This document shows, in pieces, positions 16,782 to 24,338 of a DNA stretch of 25,173 nucleotides (positions within the stretch are counted from its first letter, which is position 1; the number at the start of each line of letters is the position of its first letter). The position numbers and the translations under genes were made by a program. The notes beneath the pieces are model-generated. The model was not told the DNA's origin and did no database searches. It was given only the letters and a program-made list of their open reading frames with translations. The DNA comes from a virus (lineage: Duplodnaviria; Caudoviricetes), in the IMG/VR virus record IMGVR_UViG_3300025114_000042, positions 1-25,173 of that record; one strand, 5' to 3'.

Positions 16782-17270
16782 CTAGTCCTTGCCGAATGTC
16801 CATGACATTTTGGCGTTCCCCGCTTTATCCGTTTCCGGTGGAGGGTTATTTTGATACTTAATGTCGTTTAGCGTTTCTGCCATTGACTTATCAAGTTTTT
16901 GGTCTAACTTCTTATCCTCATGCGCTAAATGTGCATTAGCCGCACGGTGTTCGGATTCTTGCCCTTCGGATACACGACACCCGTTGCGCTCAAGGTCATA
17001 ACGGTGTTGCCGTCTGCCTGAGATAATCTCGCCAGTGATCGGACTTGCATAGTCCTGATAATCCCTGTGTATGAAGTGGGATTTGGGTGGGGGTGGTGGG
17101 CGCATATCGTACTGATCCCACATATATTCGGGGATTAATTTGCCTGTTTCTGGGTCGGTCAAGTAGCGCATAGTCTCTACCCGCTCTTTCTCACCAAAAG
17201 CCTGATCCCAGTTATCGCCAAACTTCTCTTGTTTGACCGAAAATGGCCGTGGATTACTGCCTTTGCTCAT
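16782..17270 (-). CDS. Hypothetical phage protein (162 aa)
   Basis: YASPITGEIISGRRQHRYDLERNGC motif typical of the small gene in front of the scaffold; N-terminal MSKGSNPRPFSV...NWDQAFG. Confidence 0.75.
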   Translation of the reverse strand: MSKGSNPRPFSVKQEKFGDNWDQAFGEKERVETMRYLTDPETGKLIPEYMWDQYDMRPPPPPKSHFIHRDYQDYASPITGEIISGRRQHRYDLERNGCRVSEGQESEHRAANAHLAHEDKKLDQKLDKSMAETLNDIKYQNNPPPETDKAGNAKMSWTFGKD

Positions 17271-17517
17271 ATTCCTCTGCCATTGTGATTGCGTTTGTGA
17301 ATGGAGTTAAATCCGTAGAAACTTCGTAATTGGGGTGCTTCCTCTTTTTATTGATTAGACACTTCATAAACTTCACTACAACCTCTGCGTCAACAGGGCG
17401 TATAGTCTCTACAGTATTCGGAGCCAATAGCGGATTAAGACCAAGGATTACCATTTCAGCCTCAACCTCCCTGAACTGTCTATATAAGGACTTATTCAGT
17501 TTCGCGGGACTCGACAT
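17254..17517 (-). CDS. Hypothetical protein (87 aa)
   Basis: In operon, ATG abuts the upstream stop, GGAGG upstream. Confidence 0.65.
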   Translation of the reverse strand: MSSPAKLNKSLYRQFREVEAEMVILGLNPLLAPNTVETIRPVDAEVVVKFMKCLINKKRKHPNYEVSTDLTPFTNAITMAEEYEQRQ

Positions 17518-17709
17518 TCACAGCCTCCCAGCCTTACGCTCACATATTATATGTTCCATAATGGTTATATAGGACTCTAAATCCTCGGAAGGCATTTTTT
17601 CTAACGGGTAATCTAGGCGCGAACTTTCGTCAAATCCCACCGCCCTGATCTCAGCCTCTAACTCTATACAACGCTCATGAAGCGGGGCATTTAACTGTAC
17701 AACGCTCAA
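17518..17709 (-). CDS. Hypothetical protein (63 aa, TTG start)
   Basis: 4-nt overlap with the upstream gene; fills the gap exactly. Confidence 0.55.
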   Translation of the reverse strand: MSVVQLNAPLHERCIELEAEIRAVGFDESSRLDYPLEKMPSEDLESYITIMEHIICERKAGRL

Positions 17710-17981
17710 TCTTTGCCCCTATGAACGTGGACTTCAAAGAATCCGTCCTCGGCAATATGCTCGATAGACTTGAGCTTCGGGTGGGTGAACTGCGCCATGC
17801 GCTCCCACTCCTTATTAACGTCAACCTGTGCATTTGCGTCGTCGGGGGCGTCGTCAGCTATTTTCTGTAGTCGATCGGCATTTGCCGCCATGCGTACAAT
17901 CGGATCAAAGTCGTCGCCATACATGGCTTTCAGCCGGTTTAGCAGGAATTTCTCATTCCTTGGCGTCTGTTTAACTGGCAT
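17706..17981 (-). CDS. Putative terminase small subunit-like protein (91 aa)
   Basis: DPIVRMA helix followed by AQFTHPKLKSIE, resembling the A-x-Y-x-HPKL-x-x-I/VE signature of TerS-like proteins; AGGAGG SD. Confidence 0.5.
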   Translation of the reverse strand: MPVKQTPRNEKFLLNRLKAMYGDDFDPIVRMAANADRLQKIADDAPDDANAQVDVNKEWERMAQFTHPKLKSIEHIAEDGFFEVHVHRGKD

Positions 17982-18307
17982 TAGTAGCCTCCTTTATCCA
18001 TTAAAGGCTGGAGTCGTTTGGCACGTTTGCTCGCGTCTGCCTTGGCCTTCATGCGCCTTTTCCTGTCCTTTTTATATCCACTATGCTCATTGAGCATGTC
18101 GGTTGCCCGTTTATCAGCCTTCATTTTGCCGCCCATTTTGTTTCGGCCCTCTTTGGCTAACAATTTAGTCCTGACGCCTCGGTGCAATGCGTCTGCCTTG
18201 CCCCCCGCCTTCTTTCTATCCGATTTAGTAACAACTTCCCTAGTATCCTTATCGGCTTTGGCAAAGGCCGATATTGGGCCTTTATTGTCGTACCTGCCTT
18301 TAGCCAT
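17981..18307 (-). CDS. Highly basic Lys/Arg/Ala-rich protein (108 aa)
   Basis: AAGGAG SD, overlaps the portal stop, TAATG-coupled downstream. Confidence 0.7.
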   Translation of the reverse strand: MAKGRYDNKGPISAFAKADKDTREVVTKSDRKKAGGKADALHRGVRTKLLAKEGRNKMGGKMKADKRATDMLNEHSGYKKDRKRRMKAKADASKRAKRLQPLMDKGGY

Positions 18308-20369
18308 TTCCTGCGCTCCTTAATGGTTGTGCCTGTAGTTTACGCATTTCAAACTGAAACTTTGCCTTATCAGACTCCATTTTCATTTGAATTTCAGCCA
18401 TAGTCGCTTGGTGATCAGCTTTCGACTGCTGCATTTCCATTTGCATTTTCTGCATATCCATTTGCATTTCAGCCTGTTTAGCCTGACCTTCAACCTGTAG
18501 CTTCTGCATATTGGCTTGCATTTCAGCTTGCTTCATTTGTTGATCAGCTTGCTGCTTTTGCTGTTCGGCTTGTTGTTTCTGCTGTTCAGCTTGCTCCTCT
18601 GGCTTAGGCTCTGGTGGGCCTTCCTCCATCATGGCGTCCTCAACCTCACGCCCCAGCTTGAACTTACGCATAACCGAAACGAGGAATTTCTTGGCCGCAG
18701 GTTTAGTCATTACACCCTGCTCAACCATTGGCTGTAGTCCCTGTGTTAGCGGCCCTACACCCTGCATTAACTGGGTCAATGCCTCCTGATTAGCGGTTTG
18801 ATCAGCCTGAATCGTTGAATCAGTCTCAATATCTATGCGGTAGGCTCTGAGAACGTCGTTACCCATAACCGCTTTCAATTCCTCCCACGTTGGCTTACTC
18901 AGCATTTCCATAAGCTCTGCGGGCGGTTGAGGGGGTTGTTGTGGCTGTTGTCCCTGCTGCTTCATGGCTTCAAGCTGCATTTGAGCTTGCTGCTTTTCCT
19001 GCTGGGTTGGATACCTCAGGCCGGTCATTTTCATGAGCGTTTCAGGTGAGAAGTTCTCACCAATAATCTCAACCGTCATTCTGATTAAGTCTCTAGCATA
19101 TCGCTGAATCTCGCGCTGTCGATCCTGAAGCCTCTGTGAGCCAAAATTAGCCTTAATCTGCTGTGCGCCCAGTGTTTCATTAGGATTGGATTGGCCACGA
19201 ATAATGTCCGAAATGCCTGTCAATTCGTATATTTGAGTGATTGTGTCAGTACGATACTGTCTTAGCTGTAAAAGCACTTCAGCCAGCGTTGTTATAGGCA
19301 GCATCCAGATTGCTTTGTCTATACCGCCTTTTTCGATCAGTCTGGACAGGTTTACAGCCGGAATCATGTCGTTATCAGTGGCGCTAAACAGTTTATCCAT
19401 TTCGGCCATAGTCGAGTCGTATATACCACGGACTCTGAGCGCCTTGGTAATGCGCGACATTCGGTTGGTAACGTCCTCAAGATTGTTCGCCAATGTCTCA
19501 TACTGGGAGAAATCGGTGATAGGAACCATTGAGGTTGTTGATTCAATCGAATAACAGGGTTTGGGTATCGGCCAGAAATCTTGCAGATTCAGGGGGTCAT
19601 CAGCCACCTTGATAAAGTCGTCCTTGAAGGAATCGGCCAGCCATAGGACTTGATTTCCGTCCTTATCCCATATTTCCCAGACTTTCGCCCGTTTGAATAC
19701 TCGGGCTTCCTCGTTCTTTTCTTTCTCGGACTTGCCCTCTGCAACGTCATAATTGAGCTTATCGGCAAATTCGGGGGATAATTTCTTAATCTGGGCCTTC
19801 TTGAGCATGTGTTCAAAGGCTATCCACGGAATTTCCTCCCACGTATCACCTGGCCCTAAGAGTATTTCGTCCCACTGAACCGGTGAATAACCTACTTCCT
19901 CATTGACAACTTCCTCATGTTCTTCGCCGTCCTCACCAAGCACCATTTTGGTTGTCGGGAGGTATTTGATTCTGGTCACGCCCCTACCGGCAAGCAGCAT
20001 GTCTTGAGTAGCGCCTATCATGCGCGGGTGGAATTTAGAGGCTTCCAAGGTAAATGAACAGGCACGTTCCAGTATTTCAGAAACGTGTTTGCCTATAGGG
20101 TCGGCGTCCTTAAACCGTCTGCGTATGTCAGGGCGGGGAACTGTTGAATACAGTGCGGGTCTAATCGTTTCCACATTCGACCATAGGATATTAAACGTAT
20201 CCTTCTTTTTGTGGTCAGTATTGCCTACACGCCTGTCATTGCGGTAGGTTTTGTTGGCAACTTCAGCCTCAGCTATCCACTCTTTATCCCGTTTCAGGGC
20301 AAGCTCAATTTCCTTACTCCAGCGAGATGCGTCGGTATCGTCACTTTTCTCGATCATTTCGTCAGCCAT
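18300..20369 (-). CDS. Portal protein (689 aa) with Gln/Met-rich C-terminal barrel coiled coil
   Basis: FNILWSNVETIRPALYS, IYELTGISDIIRG...ETLGAQQIKANFGS and YRIDIETDSTI motifs of P22-like portals; downstream of TerL. Confidence 0.92.
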   Translation of the reverse strand: MADEMIEKSDDTDASRWSKEIELALKRDKEWIAEAEVANKTYRNDRRVGNTDHKKKDTFNILWSNVETIRPALYSTVPRPDIRRRFKDADPIGKHVSEILERACSFTLEASKFHPRMIGATQDMLLAGRGVTRIKYLPTTKMVLGEDGEEHEEVVNEEVGYSPVQWDEILLGPGDTWEEIPWIAFEHMLKKAQIKKLSPEFADKLNYDVAEGKSEKEKNEEARVFKRAKVWEIWDKDGNQVLWLADSFKDDFIKVADDPLNLQDFWPIPKPCYSIESTTSMVPITDFSQYETLANNLEDVTNRMSRITKALRVRGIYDSTMAEMDKLFSATDNDMIPAVNLSRLIEKGGIDKAIWMLPITTLAEVLLQLRQYRTDTITQIYELTGISDIIRGQSNPNETLGAQQIKANFGSQRLQDRQREIQRYARDLIRMTVEIIGENFSPETLMKMTGLRYPTQQEKQQAQMQLEAMKQQGQQPQQPPQPPAELMEMLSKPTWEELKAVMGNDVLRAYRIDIETDSTIQADQTANQEALTQLMQGVGPLTQGLQPMVEQGVMTKPAAKKFLVSVMRKFKLGREVEDAMMEEGPPEPKPEEQAEQQKQQAEQQKQQADQQMKQAEMQANMQKLQVEGQAKQAEMQMDMQKMQMEMQQSKADHQATMAEIQMKMESDKAKFQFEMRKLQAQPLRSAGNG

Positions 20370-20640
20370 TTGCTGCCCTCAACCATTCATCTTTCTGTTC
20401 TGAGAAGGATTCTAATACAGTATCAATGACAACGCTCTCGACATTTACCCAGCCATGTACTTCGGACGAGCCGTGATCAAAGCGAATGAACTGTTTATCA
20501 GGACTGTAGTTCTCTGGACTTGTGTCGATTTCCACCTGATAGTGAACCAAACGAGAGCCATGCTGTGCAGAGAATACTTCGTCCTCCTTAAAGTGCATGA
20601 TTACTCTAGTTGGACGTTCAAAGGTCATTATTTCCTGCAT
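20362..20640 (-). CDS. Hypothetical protein (92 aa)
   Basis: GGAG SD; overlaps the portal start. Confidence 0.7.
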   Translation of the reverse strand: MQEIMTFERPTRVIMHFKEDEVFSAQHGSRLVHYQVEIDTSPENYSPDKQFIRFDHGSSEVHGWVNVESVVIDTVLESFSEQKDEWLRAANG

Positions 20641-20741
20641 TAATTAGTCTCCAGATATAAATCAAATGCGGCCCTTAACTCGGTGTTGGTAAGCCCTACC
20701 GTTGAGGTGACAGCAATATCTGTATTACGTTCAATACTCAT
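20640..20741 (-). CDS. Small hypothetical protein (33 aa, MSIERNTDIAVTSTVGLTNTELRAAFDLYLETN)
   Basis: ATGA overlap with the upstream stop and TAATG overlap with the downstream start; GGAG upstream. Confidence 0.6.
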   Translation of the reverse strand: MSIERNTDIAVTSTVGLTNTELRAAFDLYLETN

Positions 20742-21034
20742 GAACGCTCCAGATCATCATACTGAAGTACAATCTCACCACTACTGGAGTTGTGATCAAC
20801 GACCAATGAAGTCTCAAACCTCACGCCAACGTCACGTCCTGGTGCATAGCAATCCCCGTCAGTTGAATTAGCTGGAATGCGGTAGACAATGCTTGAGTCG
20901 TCAAGAAGGTGTATTCGCGCACTACCTGACCCGATATTCACATAAACGCCCAATAATAGCGTCGGAACGTCGTTGATTGTGGTCGTTCCGCTACCTGAGA
21001 TAGCCAGAACCCTGTATTTCCACTCTCTAATCAT
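20738..21034 (-). CDS. Small beta-rich protein, possibly virion-associated (98 aa)
   Basis: ATGA-coupled to TerL; alternating beta-strand pattern with GVRFETSLVV. Confidence 0.65.
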   Translation of the reverse strand: MIREWKYRVLAISGSGTTTINDVPTLLLGVYVNIGSGSARIHLLDDSSIVYRIPANSTDGDCYAPGRDVGVRFETSLVVDHNSSSGEIVLQYDDLERS

Positions 21035-22470
21035 TGCTGCCCCGCTAATCGCCGTTTTTTATTAACAGCTAACATTTCATCAAAAGTTCGGTCTTGTGCA
21101 TACCGCGCTTCCTGTTTTTCAGCGGGTAGTTTATCCCTTGACCACGCAATAGCCAAATATCTGATCGCATCAGCTATGTCAGACGCCCAATCATGCTCTG
21201 GTTGATCACGGAAACGCTTTCGCTCGTCGTCCCACTCCCTATGATACGCTCTACAGCCTTCAATTCCCATTTCACAGTCAGTATCTATCTCAGCAACGCC
21301 CAACATGAGCCGAGTTGCGTTGATTCCGTCCTGTAATGACAGTTTAGGCACAATTTCAACATGCCCCCAGCCAAATCCAGCAGCAAACTGCTCCTCAGCC
21401 GTTTTCAGGGTCGAAAAGTTCTTTGCAGCAGCGTCATGAGGCATATATACGTTACCAATTTCCCAATCTAAATGATGATCCCACTCATTCGCTGAACCCC
21501 ACTCAACTTCACACCTGTCATCAACAATGTTGACCTGACAATCCCTACCGGCGATCAACCCCATGTAATACTTGGGGTCACGGTTGGAATCCATGTGAAA
21601 CTCAAGGATATAGACCCTCCCGTTGTAGTTCTGGAAAAACCACATAGCCGTCGAATCCTTGCGTCCAATGTCCATTGCAACGTGAACGGGGTAGTTAGGA
21701 TTGTGTTCAACACGATGAATCCTGCCTTCTCTGTCCATTCGGGCAAATTCACCAGAATAGTACGCGCCCATAATCGCTGCATCCCAGCTACACTCGTACT
21801 CCTGCTCATATAGAGCTAAACCCATTGCATCACCATAAGTCGAAACGTACTCAAGCAATTCCTCCATCAGTTCAACAGGAGTAAGCATTCCAGTATCATG
21901 AACAGTGAGCTTTTGGGTGAAGTGAAGCGGGTTTTTCAGGGAAGCGTTATACGTTGAATAGGCGTGATTCTTGCCACGGGGAGTGGTTATAAAGATTTGC
22001 CAGCCTTTGTTTTCAGCAATAATCGGCCTGAGATAGCCTCGCGCTGAAGGGTTAGCCAATGCCCACTCAGAGTATACAATACCCTTGGGGGTTGACCCGA
22101 TTGCGCCCTCAAAATTGTCTGACCCCAAACATTGCCATGTGGAAGCGTTGTGCTTGCACTTAACAAGCATGTCGGTGTCCCGTTTTTCAAATAACTCCGG
22201 TATGAATACTTCATCGACACGCCGTACTCCTGTTCTCGGATTTACAGCTTCCCAAATAGCCTTACGAACCTGGTTGCCTTTGGGCAGCATGTGCCAGTAG
22301 TTTGCGGGGGTTTCAAGCATTTCACAAGCGGTATGATAGAGGGCAACTTCGTCCTTACCGGCCCGTCTATGCCAAATAAGCTCTACATGACGCCCACCAG
22401 CAGAGAGATAATCCCAAACTGGTTCCTGATAGAAGCGTCGCTTCCACTTCGGCGGATAGTCGAGCTTCAT
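21031..22470 (-). CDS. terL: Terminase large subunit (479 aa)
   Basis: Walker A WHRRAGKD, Walker B GIVYSE, coupling motif ITTPRG, EQEYEC, nuclease motifs AMDIGRKDSTA, PHDA and HDWASDIADAIRY. Confidence 0.96.
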   Translation of the reverse strand: MKLDYPPKWKRRFYQEPVWDYLSAGGRHVELIWHRRAGKDEVALYHTACEMLETPANYWHMLPKGNQVRKAIWEAVNPRTGVRRVDEVFIPELFEKRDTDMLVKCKHNASTWQCLGSDNFEGAIGSTPKGIVYSEWALANPSARGYLRPIIAENKGWQIFITTPRGKNHAYSTYNASLKNPLHFTQKLTVHDTGMLTPVELMEELLEYVSTYGDAMGLALYEQEYECSWDAAIMGAYYSGEFARMDREGRIHRVEHNPNYPVHVAMDIGRKDSTAMWFFQNYNGRVYILEFHMDSNRDPKYYMGLIAGRDCQVNIVDDRCEVEWGSANEWDHHLDWEIGNVYMPHDAAAKNFSTLKTAEEQFAAGFGWGHVEIVPKLSLQDGINATRLMLGVAEIDTDCEMGIEGCRAYHREWDDERKRFRDQPEHDWASDIADAIRYLAIAWSRDKLPAEKQEARYAQDRTFDEMLAVNKKRRLAGQQ

Positions 22471-22748
22471 TTACCGGTTTCTAAATCGCGTACCCTCGCC
22501 GCCAACTCGCTAATATCAAGATCACATTTAGCAAAAGCCTCTTTAGCCTCTGTTGCGGTGAATCTATCGTTAGTCAAATTCTTAAACTCAGCTAACTTGA
22601 AGTTGATATAGCCTATGTCCTTCTGAACCAAACCTATATTGATCGAATTGGTATTGACCGTATTGCCAACCCACACCAAGCCAATCAGTATGAGCGTCGA
22701 TATAATAGGGGTGAATACTTCCTTCAAACGTATGGATTCTGTCGTCAT
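22467..22748 (-). CDS. Single-TM membrane protein with C-terminal coiled coil (93 aa, MTTESIRL...); holin/lysis-accessory-like
   Basis: Likely start is the ATG at 22748 (GGAG SD, 4 nt after the upstream stop), not 22895. TM segment PIISTLILIGLVWVG. ATGA overlap with terL. Confidence 0.65.
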   Translation of the reverse strand: MTTESIRLKEVFTPIISTLILIGLVWVGNTVNTNSINIGLVQKDIGYINFKLAEFKNLTNDRFTATEAKEAFAKCDLDISELAARVRDLETGK

Positions 22749-22752
22749 ACTG

Positions 22753-23214
22753 CTACTCCGAGGGAATAAAGTCCGTACCATCAGCAGTTTTGTGCCAACG
22801 TACATAATGTTTGCCGTTCTTGTAGTCTCTGTCAAGTAACCCCTGAACAGTGCCAATCTCAAGACGTAACTCCTTAACCCTAATTCGTACATCACTTAAC
22901 TTCTTATTGTCCTCTGGCCCAGCTTCTTTAGAGGCTTCAGCAAATTCTGTCCAATCAACAAACTGCGAACAGAATCCGGTCTGTTGAGCAGATATTGAAA
23001 TCTTAGGGGGGGACTCTAACTTCTTGGGTTCCGGCGGCGGAAAATATCGGACAACAACCGCACAACCAATCAATCCGAGAAAGATCAATACAGCGTAGTT
23101 TATGTCAATCCCCCAGCCATAATGACTAGCCAAGGGCGCAGCAAAGCCGACAAGCATTAGAACCTGCCAGAACTTCAACTTCTGCATGAGTACAGCTATG
23201 TTATCAATCATCAT
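22753..23214 (-). CDS. Two-TM membrane protein (153 aa)
   Basis: Hydrophobic segments FWQVLMLVGFAAPLA and YAVLIFLGLIGCAVVV followed by a soluble domain. Confidence 0.65.
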   Translation of the reverse strand: MMIDNIAVLMQKLKFWQVLMLVGFAAPLASHYGWGIDINYAVLIFLGLIGCAVVVRYFPPPEPKKLESPPKISISAQQTGFCSQFVDWTEFAEASKEAGPEDNKKLSDVRIRVKELRLEIGTVQGLLDRDYKNGKHYVRWHKTADGTDFIPSE

Positions 23215-23231
23215 ACGCTAACAATTCAAAT

Positions 23232-23351
23232 CTACGCCGCCATAGATATTAACTCAGCGTAGGGCAGAATGATACCAAGCGCACCAATCAAGATACCGTG
23301 ATCAGTGAACGTACCCTTGTATTCCTTGCCAGCATAATAGACATAAACCAT
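23232..23351 (-). CDS. Possible small protein (39 aa, MVYVYYAGKEYKGTFTDHGILIGALGIILPYAELISMAA), first ORF of the late operon
   Basis: ATG preceded by GGGCGGGGT; lies between the putative promoter and the 153-aa gene. Confidence 0.4.
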   Translation of the reverse strand: MVYVYYAGKEYKGTFTDHGILIGALGIILPYAELISMAA

Positions 23352-23386
23352 ACCCCGCCCCACTGTGTTATGGGAGTGATACAGAC

Positions 23387-23395
23387 AGTATAGCA
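23387..23395 (-). promoter_or_regulatory. Putative extended -10 promoter (TGCTATACT) for the late operon, with no recognisable -35
   Basis: TGn-TATACT about 35 nt upstream of the first minus-strand ORF. Confidence 0.5.
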
Positions 23396-23419
23396 CAACA
23401 CAAGAATCAGGGTTAGCAG

Positions 23420-23477
23420 GTTAGTAAGCACTTACTTACAGACAAAGAAGTGCATTAGGGGGTTAGTGGACACTAAC
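23420..23477. promoter_or_regulatory. Two palindromic GTWAGT-N4-ACTWAC boxes (23420-23435, 23462-23477)
   Basis: GTTAGTaagcACTTAC and GTTAGTggacACTAAC, 42 bp apart. Confidence 0.7.
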
Positions 23478-23640
23478 ATAGCCAAAACCTTAGAATACGT
23501 ATAGTGATTTGGTTGGCGTTGCTGGGAATAAAGAATCCCTACAGGCCCCGACGCTCGGCATAGAAATGGTAAATCAAAGCCAATAAAAGGCCATATCACC
23601 ACCGCCATAGACAATAAACCTACAACGTGGGGGCTTTGGT

Positions 23641-23991
23641 ATGTCTCGTAAAAATGTAAGCGGCTTTTGGAATCCTAAAGAAGCCACCTACCGTAAAAAG
23701 AAACGTAAAACTAAACGACCCAAGAAAGTCAGTAACTCTACGCCAGGAAGGGACTTCTACCTGTCAAAACGGTGGGATAGACTCCGGCGCAGAACACTCA
23801 AACACTACGGCCTAATCTGCATGAAATGCGCTGTAACCAATACCGAACTCCATGTAGACCATATCAAACCCCGATCACTCCACCCAGAACTACAGTGGAA
23901 CTTCCTAAACCTCCAAGTCCTGTGCAAAGCCTGTAACGTCGAAAAGTCCAACACAGACGAAACAGACTACCGTAAGCTAGAATCTGCATGA
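23641..23991 (+). CDS. HNH endonuclease (116 aa)
   Basis: FY-x-S-x-RW...R, CMKC, LHVDHIKP, NLQVLCKACN motifs. Confidence 0.93.
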   Translation: MSRKNVSGFWNPKEATYRKKKRKTKRPKKVSNSTPGRDFYLSKRWDRLRRRTLKHYGLICMKCAVTNTELHVDHIKPRSLHPELQWNFLNLQVLCKACNVEKSNTDETDYRKLESA

Positions 23992-24007
23992 GGTAGTTTG
24001 AAATTGG

Positions 24008-24077
24008 TTTTAGGTCGAATAGGAGCCGCTATCCTCGATTCTACTTGAGGTGAAGCGAAAACGATTTTAGGTCGAAT
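24008..24077 (+). repeat. 13-bp direct repeat TTTTAGGTCGAAT (24008-24020, 24065-24077)
   Basis: Exact match, 57-bp period. Confidence 0.85.
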
Positions 24078-24203
24078 TGGTCGAGACTCCTCCACTGACC
24101 CACCCCCCCCTCCGCGCTTACCCCGCACCCTTACCTATCCGGCATTCATTACCGGATTAGTCTTGATTCATTACAATGATAGTAGGTACAGCGTCTTATC
24201 CTA

Positions 24204-24242
24204 GTAAGTAAGTACTAACTATGCAGGTTAGTAACCACTAAC
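24204..24242. promoter_or_regulatory. Two further GTWAGT-N4-ACTWAC boxes (24204-24219, 24227-24242)
   Basis: GTAAGTaagtACTAAC and GTTAGTaaccACTAAC. Confidence 0.7.
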
Positions 24243-24248
24243 TTAGTA

Positions 24249-24289
24249 GCTATAACTGCCAGGAATACAGGCTATAACTGCCAGGAATA
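24249..24289 (+). repeat. 19-bp perfect direct repeat GCTATAACTGCCAGGAATA x2, 22-bp period
   Basis: Copies at 24249-24267 and 24271-24289. Confidence 0.92.
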
Positions 24290-24292
24290 GAG

Positions 24293-24338
24293 TGTTACCA
24301 ATTGTAACAACTAGCCAAAAGTGTTACCAAAAGTAACA
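24293..24338. promoter_or_regulatory. Two 17-bp operator-like palindromes TGTTAC-N5-GTAACA (24293-24309, 24322-24338)
   Basis: TGTTACcaattGTAACA and TGTTACcaaaaGTAACA, 29-bp period. Confidence 0.7.

Noticed and set aside
14647-16784. Amber read-through or TAG recoding: capsid-decoration and 162-aa-scaffold genes are in frame across TAG + 9 nt
   Set aside because: In both cases the TAG is part of a TAGGAG Shine-Dalgarno for the next gene. Other TAG stops (10513, 22753) are out of frame with their neighbours, and long genes are not interrupted by TAG.
18330-18620. Gln/Met-rich portal C-terminus as a novel repeat
   Set aside because: Consistent with the known helical barrel extension of P22-like portals.
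22749-22895. N-terminal 49 aa of the 142-aa ORF-track call
   Set aside because: It overlaps the 153-aa gene by >140 nt; the ATG at 22748 has an SD and fits the operon.
23432-23614. 60-aa minus-strand ORF
   Set aside because: It runs through the palindromic boxes upstream of the putative promoter, has no clear SD and no protein-like features.
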